Both the position numbers and the translations under genes were made by a program. A stretch of DNA of 64,000 nucleotides from Williopsis jadinii (Eukaryota). Of the stretch, positions 1 to 9,459 are shown piece after piece. How positions within the stretch are numbered: position 1 is the stretch's first letter; each line of letters opens with the position of its first letter. The notes beneath the pieces were generated by a model that saw only the letters and a list, made by a program, of their open reading frames with translations, did no database searches and was not told the DNA's origin. The stretch is from NCBI GenBank assembly GCA_024346625.1, contig AP024664.1:2666001-2730000 (forward strand), written 5' to 3'.

Positions 1-226
1 CCAGTACTCTGTAGACAACCTTACTAGGATAAGCATCACCGTGCAACTCTAGAATGCCACTGTCGTTAGCCGCCAAGGTCAGCTTGAAACGCTCTTCTGG
101 ATCAACAGTGGACCCAACATCCGGCCTTGAAGGGCCCCAGAGATGACGTGCAACATCCAGCTCTAGCACATCTGTGGCACTATCGGAGGTCACCGTGGTT
201 CTCTTGTGTGTTGTAGCTAACACCAT
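1..226 (-). CDS. 5' part of a protein-coding gene running off the window edge (MVLATTHKRTTVTSDSATDVLELDVARHLWGPSRPDVG...), product unknown
   Basis: ATG at 226-224 opens a stop-free frame of 75 codons to position 1; divergent from the snoRNA promoter; not in the ORF track because truncated. Confidence 0.55.
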   Translation of the reverse strand, partial: MVLATTHKRTTVTSDSATDVLELDVARHLWGPSRPDVGSTVDPEERFKLTLAANDSGILELHGDAYPSKVVYRVL

Positions 227-360
227 CGTTAAGCCGCGAACCTTGTTTCGAGTTCTTGCTATGAGTTGATCCTCCTTGCTCGAGTTCTTTGTTTACACTT
301 TTACTTAGTTTTCGCTCAGAGCCTCTTTTTTCTTCTGCCCGTGCACTGGTGTAGAGCGTG

Positions 361-560
361 TTACCCGGACTTATTGGCCCTCCAGCGCGCCGCCGCCGCC
401 GTAGAAGCCAATGTGGGAGCCCTAAACCGCCGGGTAACACTTCTCTCACCGTTTGTCGTTTGAGCCGGCACAGCAGTTTCGGTTGAGACAGCAGCTTTCG
501 GTTCTCGCAACAAAACAAATGTTTCTCCAAATTTTATAAAGCGGGCGGAGAAAAATTTTT
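361..560 (+). promoter_or_regulatory. Promoter of the snoRNA cluster (probably bidirectional): Reb1-type sites, Tbf1-type site, TATA, A/T tract
   Basis: TTACCCGG 361-368, AGCCCTAA 418-425, CCGGGTAA 430-437, TATAAA 535-540, AAAAATTTTT 551-560; the combination typical of yeast snoRNA promoters. Confidence 0.6.
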
Positions 561-739
561 CACTCTGTGTTTTCTCCGTTAACGTTCTTTCCTCCCTTCC
601 ATCACCAGTTCGTTGAATACGTCGTGGGTAGTGGGCTGCTCGTGGCACACATGAGAAAGACACATTGTCGAGGAAGTGTGGAAGTATGGGATAAGCAAGC
701 ATTCTGTTTTGTTTTTATTTTCATTGTCCTTTGAGAACA

Positions 740-832
740 CAATTACTATGATGATCCAACACAACACAAATTTCAAACTAGAGTATGTGAAGTATACGCT
801 AATGATCTGAATTGCTTTGGCTGATTGTAATT
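740..832 (+). ncRNA. SNR78: box C/D snoRNA snR78 (25S Um2421 guide)
   Basis: Box C ATGATGA 748-754, guide CAAACTAGAGT 774-784 complementary to 25S ACUCUAGUUUG, box D CTGA 821-824, terminal stem CAATTAC/GTAATTG. Confidence 0.9.
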
Positions 833-1039
833 GTTGTTCTCGAAGACGTGCCCCCATCCTTTGTGTGATGCGGATCTTTTGTCCGATGATTGAATACAGG
901 TGTATTCCTTCCATTCTTCCTCCACAGGTTCTTTCTCTGTTGCGAGAGGTTGTATGAAATGGTGAGTTTTTACGCTATATATATAGTACCCTACTGAGGT
1001 TATTGTTTCCCCCTCTCTTTCCTTCTGCTGTTCTTTATT

Positions 1040-1118
1040 CTATGATGACTGAAAAAAACTAAAGCTGGAATTACTGGCTGATTCTCTGTGATGGATAACG
1101 TTTTGCTATTACTGATTT
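1040..1118 (+). ncRNA. SNR77: box C/D snoRNA snR77 (18S Um578 guide)
   Basis: Box C ATGATGA 1042-1048, guide GCTGGAATTAC 1064-1074 complementary to 18S GUAAUUCCAGC, D' CTGA 1078-1081, C' GTGATGG 1088-1094, D CTGA 1112-1115. Confidence 0.9.
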
Positions 1119-1252
1119 TAAAGTGCCCAGGAAGAGGAAGAGGTGGAGGAAGAAGGCTTCATCTCCAAGTTTATACAAAATAACTAACCATGAATAGAAA
1201 ATCATCTCCTCTTTACCGTTCTGTAAAGCACCTTTGTTTCTTTTGAAGAGCC

Positions 1253-1356
1253 AATGGATATGACGATCCACAGCACTGGGCACTGATTTTACAATAAAAC
1301 TTGTATGAGTGACATGCTTCTTAGTGGGCCTAGAAAACCCACGTTACTGATCCATT
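1253..1356 (+). ncRNA. SNR76: box C/D snoRNA snR76 (25S Cm2197 guide)
   Basis: Box C ATGACGA 1260-1266, guide AGCACTGGGCA before D' CTGA (complementary to 25S UGCCCAGUGCU), GGGCCTAGAAA element, box D CTGA 1347-1350, stem AATGGAT/ATCCATT. Confidence 0.88.
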
Positions 1357-1470
1357 TTGGTAACCAAAAGAAAAACAATGGTTTGTAACCGAAGAGGGCC
1401 TTCAGCCCTGTCTGAAAGTGTAAGCTTCCATTACTTTTCCGCTGGAGAATGGCCAATGTCAAAATTGAAC

Positions 1471-1562
1471 TCATGTGATGATACCCATAGATGACGAGTC
1501 AGATTTCCGGTTTCCGGATGACGATAAACACTTTTTTAATACCATTCATGCTTCACTGATTT
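1471..1562 (+). ncRNA. SNR75: box C/D snoRNA snR75 (25S Gm2288 guide)
   Basis: Box C GTGATGA 1475-1481, guide TAGATGACGAG (complementary to 25S CUCGUCAUCUA), 3' element TACCATTCATGC, box D CTGA 1556-1559. Confidence 0.9.
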
Positions 1563-1685
1563 ACCATGTTCGATTTCTACACTTAGTTGGTCATTCTCCA
1601 ATGTTGATTTGTCGACTCATCATACTAACATCTGCCTTAGGCAATGTATCCAAAGGAAGAAAGGGTTCTTCCTGTTAGCTTTTGG

Positions 1686-1770
1686 TGACATAGGATGATT
1701 CTTGAAATAAAAATTGACAAGCATATGTCTGACTTTTTGTTTGAGGACAAATATTTCCAGTCTGATGTCA
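1686..1770 (+). ncRNA. SNR74: box C/D snoRNA snR74 (18S Am28 guide)
   Basis: Variant box C AGGATGA 1692-1698, guide GACAAGCATATG before D' CTGA (complementary to 18S CAUAUGCUUGUC), box D CTGA 1762-1765, stem TGACAT/ATGTCA. Confidence 0.9.
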
Positions 1771-1879
1771 GCAAAAGATAGCAAAATGGATTGCTTTGTA
1801 TTCTTTGCTATTCGATCCCTGAAGAAAAGGTATGTGTTTTCTCTGTTTCTCGCTATCAATGATGATACTCCCCGAATCT

Positions 1880-1986
1880 TGTTTATGATGATTTTCCACA
1901 TTTCACGACGGTCAACTGCGTTTCACCCCTGTTAAGGTGGAACTTTGATGATAATCTGCCCCCGACAGGGCGTGGTGCTGATAACA
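1880..1986 (+). ncRNA. SNR73: box C/D snoRNA snR73 (25S Cm2959 guide)
   Basis: Box C ATGATGA 1885-1891, guide TCACGACGGTC (complementary to 25S GACCGUCGUGA), C' TGATGA, GACAGGGCGTGG before box D CTGA 1978-1981. Confidence 0.9.
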
Positions 1987-2120
1987 GTGGTTAATGGGTT
2001 GATGAAGTTCAGTTGATATGTTTCCATTTGGTGCTTTCGCATCTGATGATTGTGTACTAACAAACTGAAACAGGTATGTCTCTCTGCGTATTTGGCTCAC
2101 TTGTACAGGTTACAACGTCA

Positions 2121-2206
2121 TAATGATGATTTTATAAACCGATTAGTCTTTATGAACTACTCAAGGATTAAAAATTTTTACCTAGATTTGCATGTCAGGC
2201 TGATTA
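2121..2206 (+). ncRNA. SNR72: box C/D snoRNA snR72 (25S Am876 guide)
   Basis: Box C ATGATGA 2123-2129, guide GATTTGCATGTCAG (pairs with 25S CUGACGUGCAAAUC with one G-U), box D CTGA 2200-2203. Confidence 0.9.
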
Positions 2207-2313
2207 CTGTTTGTACATTGTACCAAGTGAAGTTGATTTGGCTTTATACCAGTCTTACTAACGTTTTATATCGAGATAGTCATCAGTAATTTCTTTACAA
2301 ATACATGCTAAAC

Positions 2314-3366
2314 TCACCCTCTGTTAATCGTATTACCACTTCCCTTTGCGTGTGACTCTGTGAAGTCGTCCCATTGTCGTTTCTTGTAGGTCTCTTCGTC
2401 TGCTTTCTCCATATCATCTTCATCCTGGTCGCTTCCATACGCACCGTCATTCCCACCACTACCATTAACCATTCCTCCATTTGCCAATTCTTGCTCCAAG
2501 AGCTCTTCCACAGTCATGGTTGGTAGATACTGGCCTGTTCCATAGACATTTCTCTGCAAATCTGACCTCTTCATCAGGGTAAACGGTCTAAGAATCTTGC
2601 CATCTTTGGACAAGACATCCTTGTTGACATATTCCAGCTTGTCTGTAAACTTTGTCGGATCATTCTTACGTTGTCTCGGATCATCATCCTCGATCTCCTG
2701 CAGTTTCACCTCTGGTGCATTCATCACAATCTCCAACTCCTGTTGTAATACCCTAACTGTATCAAAGCTCCTGATGGTGAACAGTTTCAACTCGCTTGTT
2801 GACAAGTCTCTAATCAACTCTTCATCCGCATTGTTATAGTCATCCTCGTTGCTCTCCAGTTTGTCCAACTGCTCCAACTTCACTGCTAGTTGTTTCTCCA
2901 ACCTGTAGTTCGCAATCTTCTCATCTCTTCGCAACTGGGCATCGACATGTAACGATTGTAACGTAAATGGCTCCTTCTTCAGCAGCTCGACCTTTGCCTC
3001 TTCTGATTTCTCCAGCAGCCCATAGTTAGCCAGATTGGTCAAGAAGTGAAGATAGCATATAATGCTCTTCTTCAAGTTCTGGACACGTGACTGTCCTTGG
3101 AACTCCTGGTAGAGGTTGGCCAAATGGTAATCCACAACCAGATACTTGATCTCAGAGGTGTTGATGTCTTCAAACGACTCGTTCGTAGAGAATATCCCTC
3201 GGCCAGTAATTGTAGTCTTGAGTTCTACAAACTCATCAATCGCCTTCCCAACACGCGCCTGATACTCCTCGGAATCATGGCGAACAGTCAGCTCAGCGAT
3301 GGACGTGTACTCCTCCACGGCTTCCCTGTACAATTGCTTCAGCGTCCTTTCCACACGTGACGCCAT
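2314..3366 (-). CDS. TAP42: PP2A/TOR-pathway regulatory subunit Tap42 (alpha4)
   Basis: LRPFTL...VYGTGQYLPTMTVEE and WDDFTESHAKGSGN C-terminal motifs; first ATG at 3366. Confidence 0.92.
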   Translation of the reverse strand: MASRVERTLKQLYREAVEEYTSIAELTVRHDSEEYQARVGKAIDEFVELKTTITGRGIFSTNESFEDINTSEIKYLVVDYHLANLYQEFQGQSRVQNLKKSIICYLHFLTNLANYGLLEKSEEAKVELLKKEPFTLQSLHVDAQLRRDEKIANYRLEKQLAVKLEQLDKLESNEDDYNNADEELIRDLSTSELKLFTIRSFDTVRVLQQELEIVMNAPEVKLQEIEDDDPRQRKNDPTKFTDKLEYVNKDVLSKDGKILRPFTLMKRSDLQRNVYGTGQYLPTMTVEELLEQELANGGMVNGSGGNDGAYGSDQDEDDMEKADEETYKKRQWDDFTESHAKGSGNTINRG

Positions 3367-3719
3367 TCTCACTGTCCTGCTATTAAACACTTGCTATTCC
3401 ACGTCCTTCCCACTACGCTGCCGGTAATGATGGTATGTTCTGCCAATGGATCGCTGTGCTCCATCCCGTTTTAGGTGGAGCTGGCCAAGCAGTGGTGGTG
3501 ATGCCGATGTACTTTGGCAGGCACACGCACATCGCCTGTCCACCCCGTCCGAGAAAGCCCTCTAAATCCGCACAGCGCGCACCGACACCAACCGTTGCGC
3601 TGCACGCAACACCCACAACACAGTATAAAAGGATCTGCGAGCCCACACTCTGTCGGTGCCAATTGACCAGGAAGCATAGGCTGAACTGAAGAGACACCAA
3701 GGAAGAAATACACTATCAA

Positions 3720-5072
3720 ATGGCTGAATTACCTGCTGTCTACTACAACAAGGATTCCGACTCCTTTGCGTTCTCAACCGCCCGTGTGCGCTGGGTGAAG
3801 ATCGTGCAAGATGCCCTGGAGGACATCAACGATGCCGGTGCGAAGACGTCTGGTGAGGCCCAGCAGCAGGCCAAGGTGATTGCTGGGAAGCTCCAACAGC
3901 TATTGGTCGATTTCGAGGAGGATGCTGTTGTTCAACCTCTTGTTGGAGGCTTGAAGCAGTACGAGTCTTATAACAGGGCTCTCAGTGCCGAGGACTATAC
4001 CTGGTTAACAGGTCCGTGGTTGTTGCTTGAGAACGTGCTGTACCGTCTGATCAACTCTTGGTTCGTGGAGCAGTCGCACTGGTTCAACTACGATATCTTT
4101 GCGAACCTGAAGAAGGAGTCGTTTGAATCCTCTGTTGCTGGAGTCACGGAGCTGGCTGTTCGTTATGCTCAGCTGGATAAGGAACGTCAATCCTCTGCAA
4201 CGGGGATTAAGCCAGAGTTGAAACAGCTGCTGTTTAAGGAGTTTGCTGAAATCTCACTATGGGGTAACGCAACTGACCTTTCACTATTGGCTACAGCTAC
4301 CTTGGAAGATATCGCTTCTATCCAAGGCGCAGAGGCCAGAAAGAAGTCTGAAGATAAGATCTTGACAAACGATATCGACCTGGCCTACGCTCAATTGATC
4401 TCCTCAAAGGAAAAGATTAGAAAGGTTGAGATCGTCTTGGACAACTCTGGGTTTGAACTGTACACTGATCTCGTTTTCGGTCTCTTCCTGTTGGATTTCA
4501 ACTTGGCTGACAGGGTGACATTGCACACGAAGGATATCCCATGGATGGTCTCCGACGTTAATTTGAAAGACTTTAACGTTGTTCTTTCCCAATTGAAGGA
4601 TACCAATGTGTTTGACAAGCACAGGGATGAATTGGACTTCTTCATCAACAAAGTGGAATACCTGTTCAACACTGGTAAGCTCACTTTGGAAACATCTCCT
4701 TATTGGACTCTGGACAAAGACTTTTGGGAAATCTCTCCTGATGAACAGGAGTTTGGAGGCTCAGAATTGCATGAAAGATTGTCCTCTTCAGCCTTGGTCA
4801 TCTTCAAGGGTGATATGAACTACCGTAAGCTCACAGGTGATAGAAGATGGCCATCTACAACTCCATTCTCAAGGGCCATAGGTCCATTGGCAACTTCTGG
4901 TTTGAAGATCCTATCCTTGAGAACAGTTAAGGCTGACGTCTTGTTAGGGCTGAAGGAAGGTGTCTACGAAGATATCACTGAAGAATGGGGAAAGACCAAC
5001 GACAACAAGCTATCCTGGTTGTACTCTGGTAAATATGCCGTTATCAGTTACGCAGATGGTGCTGCTCATTAG
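3720..5072 (+). CDS. DUF89/ARMT1-family metal-dependent damage-control phosphatase (YMR027W-like)
   Basis: LWGNATDLS, VLDNSGFEL, FKGDMNYRKL motifs; adjacent to TAP42 as in S. cerevisiae. Confidence 0.88.
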   Translation: MAELPAVYYNKDSDSFAFSTARVRWVKIVQDALEDINDAGAKTSGEAQQQAKVIAGKLQQLLVDFEEDAVVQPLVGGLKQYESYNRALSAEDYTWLTGPWLLLENVLYRLINSWFVEQSHWFNYDIFANLKKESFESSVAGVTELAVRYAQLDKERQSSATGIKPELKQLLFKEFAEISLWGNATDLSLLATATLEDIASIQGAEARKKSEDKILTNDIDLAYAQLISSKEKIRKVEIVLDNSGFELYTDLVFGLFLLDFNLADRVTLHTKDIPWMVSDVNLKDFNVVLSQLKDTNVFDKHRDELDFFINKVEYLFNTGKLTLETSPYWTLDKDFWEISPDEQEFGGSELHERLSSSALVIFKGDMNYRKLTGDRRWPSTTPFSRAIGPLATSGLKILSLRTVKADVLLGLKEGVYEDITEEWGKTNDNKLSWLYSGKYAVISYADGAAH

Positions 5073-5131
5073 GATACGAGGGTATTAGATTAATAGAGTA
5101 TTACTGTCGTTGTTTATATGCTGTAGTGTAT

Positions 5132-6349
5132 TCACTCGTTTGACTGTTGAGGTTGCACCTGGTTTGTTGGAGGAATCACGAACGGGAATCCAAAAGGTGG
5201 CATCATAGGAATTGGCATCTGTGGTCCTGTTAGATTCGGTCTCTTTGCATCACCTCCTGATTCCACTCCGGTTGTTCTCTTGATGCCTCGCTTCTCCCTC
5301 TCTTGTTCCAACAATTCGTCAATCTTTTGCTTCAAGTCGTCATTTGGCTTCAAAGTGTCGAGATAGAGATCAGGCTTGGAGCAATTTGGACACACCAGGT
5401 CTTTCTCGAGGAGTATATCCTCAATGGTATCTCTTGAGTAGTTTTTACCACAACACGGAGTTGTCACTGGGTCCTTCATCACTTTCCCCGTGATTGGGTC
5501 TAGCAGTTCAACATCGACATCTTTCAACAAGTCCAACTCGTTCGTCTTATTAGCTCTTTTTTGGTACTCACCCCATGTTTTAGAATCTGCAACTTGGACA
5601 ACGTATTGGCCTTCCTCGTTCATAAGATAGGTCTTTGACGAATCATCCTCAGGCTTTTCAACTGTTTTCAAGTACGTCTTTGGGATACCCGTGGTTCTCT
5701 TGATCCTCTTGCCTTCCCAGTTAGGATCGTTATTCGTTGGACAATTCTTGATCCAATGGTCTTTGGACCCACATCTATAGCACATGTAACCTGGTGGAGG
5801 CACGTCATCTGGGTTATTTCCTGTCGTTGCTGCTGAAGGTTGCGGCTTGTTGAACACCGGCGTGGCATTCGCCATTGTCTGCTGGGCCTCTCTCCACTGA
5901 TCGCTTTGGTTCATAAACATCATCTTGATACGATCCTGTTCCGATAGCTGACTATCTACAGCTGTACTACCACTCACACCGCCAAGATCGGCGCTGCCGC
6001 CGCCGGTGATGCCCTGCTGACCGCCATTGGTGGTGTTGTTATTCAGAGTAACTTTAGTGATACGAGGCTTCCCCGTCACGTAGCGCGCACCTGTTCCCTT
6101 CCCTGGTCTCGAAGGAGGCGAGCGTCTCACAATCACCGACGTGGAACGTGGAATCACAAGCGTGTCGTCAGTATACTCCTCATTCGTATCGTTGTTGTAC
6201 AACCGCAGGTCAAACCCAGTGCCGTCACCAAGCTTGTTATCGTTGATTATCTCCTTCTTCAAGTCAAACACCGTTATGCCCGTCCCGTCGAAGAGTATTC
6301 TGGACGTGTTCTTCTGCGAGCGGAATCTATAGAAGATCGTCGACGACAT
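5132..6349 (-). CDS. MPE1: Cleavage/polyadenylation factor subunit Mpe1 (DWNN, zinc knuckle, RING/U-box-like)
   Basis: MSSTIFYRFRSQK DWNN start, CYRCGSKDHWIKNC knuckle, KRTTGIPK, PCC...CPNC. Confidence 0.93.
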   Translation of the reverse strand: MSSTIFYRFRSQKNTSRILFDGTGITVFDLKKEIINDNKLGDGTGFDLRLYNNDTNEEYTDDTLVIPRSTSVIVRRSPPSRPGKGTGARYVTGKPRITKVTLNNNTTNGGQQGITGGGSADLGGVSGSTAVDSQLSEQDRIKMMFMNQSDQWREAQQTMANATPVFNKPQPSAATTGNNPDDVPPPGYMCYRCGSKDHWIKNCPTNNDPNWEGKRIKRTTGIPKTYLKTVEKPEDDSSKTYLMNEEGQYVVQVADSKTWGEYQKRANKTNELDLLKDVDVELLDPITGKVMKDPVTTPCCGKNYSRDTIEDILLEKDLVCPNCSKPDLYLDTLKPNDDLKQKIDELLEQEREKRGIKRTTGVESGGDAKRPNLTGPQMPIPMMPPFGFPFVIPPTNQVQPQQSNE

Positions 6350-6678
6350 CGGTGAATTGCTTCGTCTCTGAGCCCGTTCTGTTGCTTCTTCTATGCGACG
6401 AAGAAGAACTTGGTGGGCTTGAAATTCTTCGCGAGGAAATTGGTGAGGGAAATCCGGGCTAAAAACAAAAAAGAAGTATCAAATACGCAAACATAAACAC
6501 ATCAACATAAACACAGCAACCAGCACTCAACAGGAAACGCTCCGTAACAGAGATCAACATCGACGATTAGAGAGAATCCCTGAGCTCTGTTTACTGTGTG
6601 ACTCTGTGTCTGTGTGTGCTATCCGTGGGTGCTCTGAAACTTGAAGGAAAGACAAGAGAAGGAACGAGATATTGAACA

Positions 6679-7102
6679 ATGAGTAACCAAGGGTACTACG
6701 AAATCTACAGAAGAAGCACGTAAGTATATGTACAAGGTGTGAGAAGCACTAGAAGGGCCGCTTCCGGTGTCGTACGGGAACTAACAAGCGGCTTCAACGT
6801 CTAACAGGCTAGGCATGTCGCTTACGGAGGCACTGGATGCGCTGATCTCAGACCAGCGCATCCAACCACAGCTTGCGATGAGGGTGCTTGCGAACTTTGA
6901 CCGTGTTGTGTCGGACAACCTGAAGGAGAACGTCAAGTCCAAGCTCAGCTTCAAGGGCCATCTCAGCACGTATCGTTTCTGCGACGATGTCTGGACGTTT
7001 GTCATAAAGGACGTGAACGTCAAGCTCGACCATAACGAGACGATCACGGCTGACAAGATTCGAATCGTAGCTTGTAACTCGAAGAAGGCTGGCGAGACAT
7101 AG
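6679..7102 (+). CDS. TOA2: TFIIA small (gamma) subunit; exons 6679-6719 and 6808-7102
   Basis: Intron GTAAGT(6720)...AACTAAC...CAG(6807); splicing gives [24 protein letters not shown]...[10 protein letters not shown]; next to MPE1. Confidence 0.93.
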
Positions 7103-7377
7103 TGAACGTGCGATCTTATAGCTTTAACCCCCACCAAATGAACAACAAGATGGTTTAATACTTGTAGGACCCCCCGTAATTGGAAAGACCCCTTCGAAAC
7201 CAGGAACGGTTATGAGCGTGTGCTCTCTCCACGCGAAAATGCGTGCCCCGACCAATTGTGAGAAATCCAGCGGGATCGCCTGTTTACACCAAATCATCTT
7301 TTGCAGTAATGACTGAAGCCACTTTTATCAACTAAATTTATATCATCGGTGATCTTCAGAGGCACAGCAGAGAGCAG

Positions 7378-7989
7378 ATGAGTTATCCACCTCCACAGTT
7401 CAGTGCAGCCAACTTCAGCATTTCTCGATGGGACATGGATTCCATCAAGGTGAGTTAATACACCGGTTCTTTAGTGCTAACAGGCCAAGAGGCAAACTAA
7501 CCAGGAACTAAAAAAACAAAGCACCAAAACCCATATCTCCATCACAGGATAACCAATCTGAGACCCGTTTCACAATTCTTTAAGCTTTCGCATTTGGGAT
7601 TACCAAAGAGTTTACAGGAGTGGAAGACAAGAGTTGTGGCTAATTTTAACTATTTCCAATCAAACTATTTGGTTGTGTTGATCCTCGTTGCTCTGGTTCA
7701 ACTTTTCCAGAACCTACTGCTGCTCTGTGCGATTATAGTCCTGGCAGTTGGGGTTTATGCATTGCAAAGATACGAGCTGGACGAGATTGTCGTTGCTGGC
7801 AACACCTTGCGGTTGAACAAGAATTATCTGTACGTTGCGCTATTCGGAACCACGGTGCCTGTTATTCTGTGGTGTTCGCCGTTTAGCACGTTGATAAACT
7901 TGGTGAGTGTTACTAGTGCCATAGTCGCCCTCCACGCGTCAGTCTTTGAGGCACAAGGCGAAACTGCATTCAGCGAGAGTCCGGTGTGA
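7378..7989 (+). CDS. YIP3: PRA1-family prenylated Rab acceptor Yip3; exons 7378-7449 and 7522-7989
   Basis: NFNYFQSNY and HAS PRA1 motifs; 5'SS GTGAGT at 7450, branch AACTAAC 7495-7501; only AAG at 7519-7521 restores the frame (MDSIK|HQNPYLHHRITNLRP). Confidence 0.8.
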
Positions 7990-8102
7990 AAAGCGTTCTG
8001 CACAACACACCCACACCCACGTAAGCTTTATTGGTAGAATCATCGTTATATATATATATTATCGCGTGTTGCACTGTAAAGAATGCCTAGTTGTAATCAT
8101 AT

Positions 8103-8149
8103 GGTGTCTGGATGTATAGATGTCTGGATGTATAGATGTCCGGGTGTAT
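8103..8149 (+). repeat. Degenerate 8-bp-period tandem repeat (GGATGTCT/GGATGTAT), Rap1-site/telomere-like
   Basis: GGTGTCTGGATGTATAGATGTCTGGATGTATAGATGTCCGGGTGTAT. Confidence 0.55.
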
Positions 8150-9459
8150 CGTTGTCCGACCCCAAATTAAGAAACACACACACAAAGTGACGTCATTTCA
8201 CAATTTGTTTCCAACAACGAGGGGCCACCGCACAACGCAAATGTTGAACAAGGCTGCTGGCAAATTGTGTCATCTCTCAGGCGGAACGATGAGGAAATGA
8301 GTCACCGGGAGTGTTTCCCGTTTCCCTTTGCCACAAGACAGCTTCGTTTGGGCTGAAACGGACAATTCGTCGCGGTGTTGTTGTTGTTGTTGTTCTTCCT
8401 GTTTCTTTTTCTTTCTACAGGCGAAAACACACACACACAGGCTGAAAAGGGAAAACGGGCTAATTCCCCTAATTAATTTCGCATCCCTTCAACACCAACA
8501 AAACTACCACTCCCCTGAGCCTGAAGTCCTAAAGAATCGCTGAACTGAACACAAGAGAGAACAACTGTGCAATCCAGAAGGTCAACTTAACCGTTTCAAA
8601 AGACACTGTCTGCTTGTGTTTCTGCTTCCGTCTTCAATTGGGCTTTTGCTGTTGATATCGTCCCATCCCCCCTCCATCATCACACGCCCCTAATTCCGTG
8701 TGTGTGTTTTTACCCCGGAGATCTTTCGAAATTGAGCTCAACAAACACGTTATACGAATCCCCTGGCTCCACACCACCGTTACATCACACGTTGTGACTT
8801 GCACTTTGCTAGGAAGTTGAACTGTTCGCTTCCCACTTGCTTTCGGGACGCCATCGTGTTGCCGTTGGCCTTGCTTTGATTCTTGTGCTTCACACTCTGA
8901 GGTTTGCGTTTTGTGGTCTTAACTCCCACATTTGGTTGCAACGAGGCAGTCACACCAACACTGATATCACAATCCTCTGATACACACATTTAACGACTAT
9001 CACGACTTTTCTACTCACACCGTCTGATCATCAACATTTGCTTTTTTTTGTCTGTTTCTGTTGTTCCTCAAGACTTATTTGTCATTTCATTTACATCTTG
9101 AACTTACTCCCCCTGTTTAATCCCCATTTTGACAGCACGATCTCGAAGAGACATTTCATCACCCAGACATAAACACCACCAGGGACAGTTCACCACTGAT
9201 ACAACGTTCAACACTGTTTTCACCTCTGTTGTCCTTCATCATCAATCATTGCATGTTTTTCTTACACTGAAGAGCTAAAGAAAAACTCCCACATCCAGCT
9301 AAACGAAAAAGAGAAAAAAAATTTAAAGACAAGGTAAACAAACAACAGCACATCTCCACCATTACTACTGCAACTACACGCTAGATCTTATACTGAAATC
9401 ATCTGGCATCATCTCTGACGGTTTCGACCCGCTATACATAGAGAACTAGCTCCTCCACT

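Noticed and set aside
684..927. Possible intron around snR78 (GTATGG ... CCACAG)
   Set aside because: No branch-point match; the pyrimidine tract is better explained as one strand of the long-range helix
180..2289. Short ORFs over the first 2.3 kb
   Set aside because: They overlap the snoRNA cluster and its promoter and have no protein motifs
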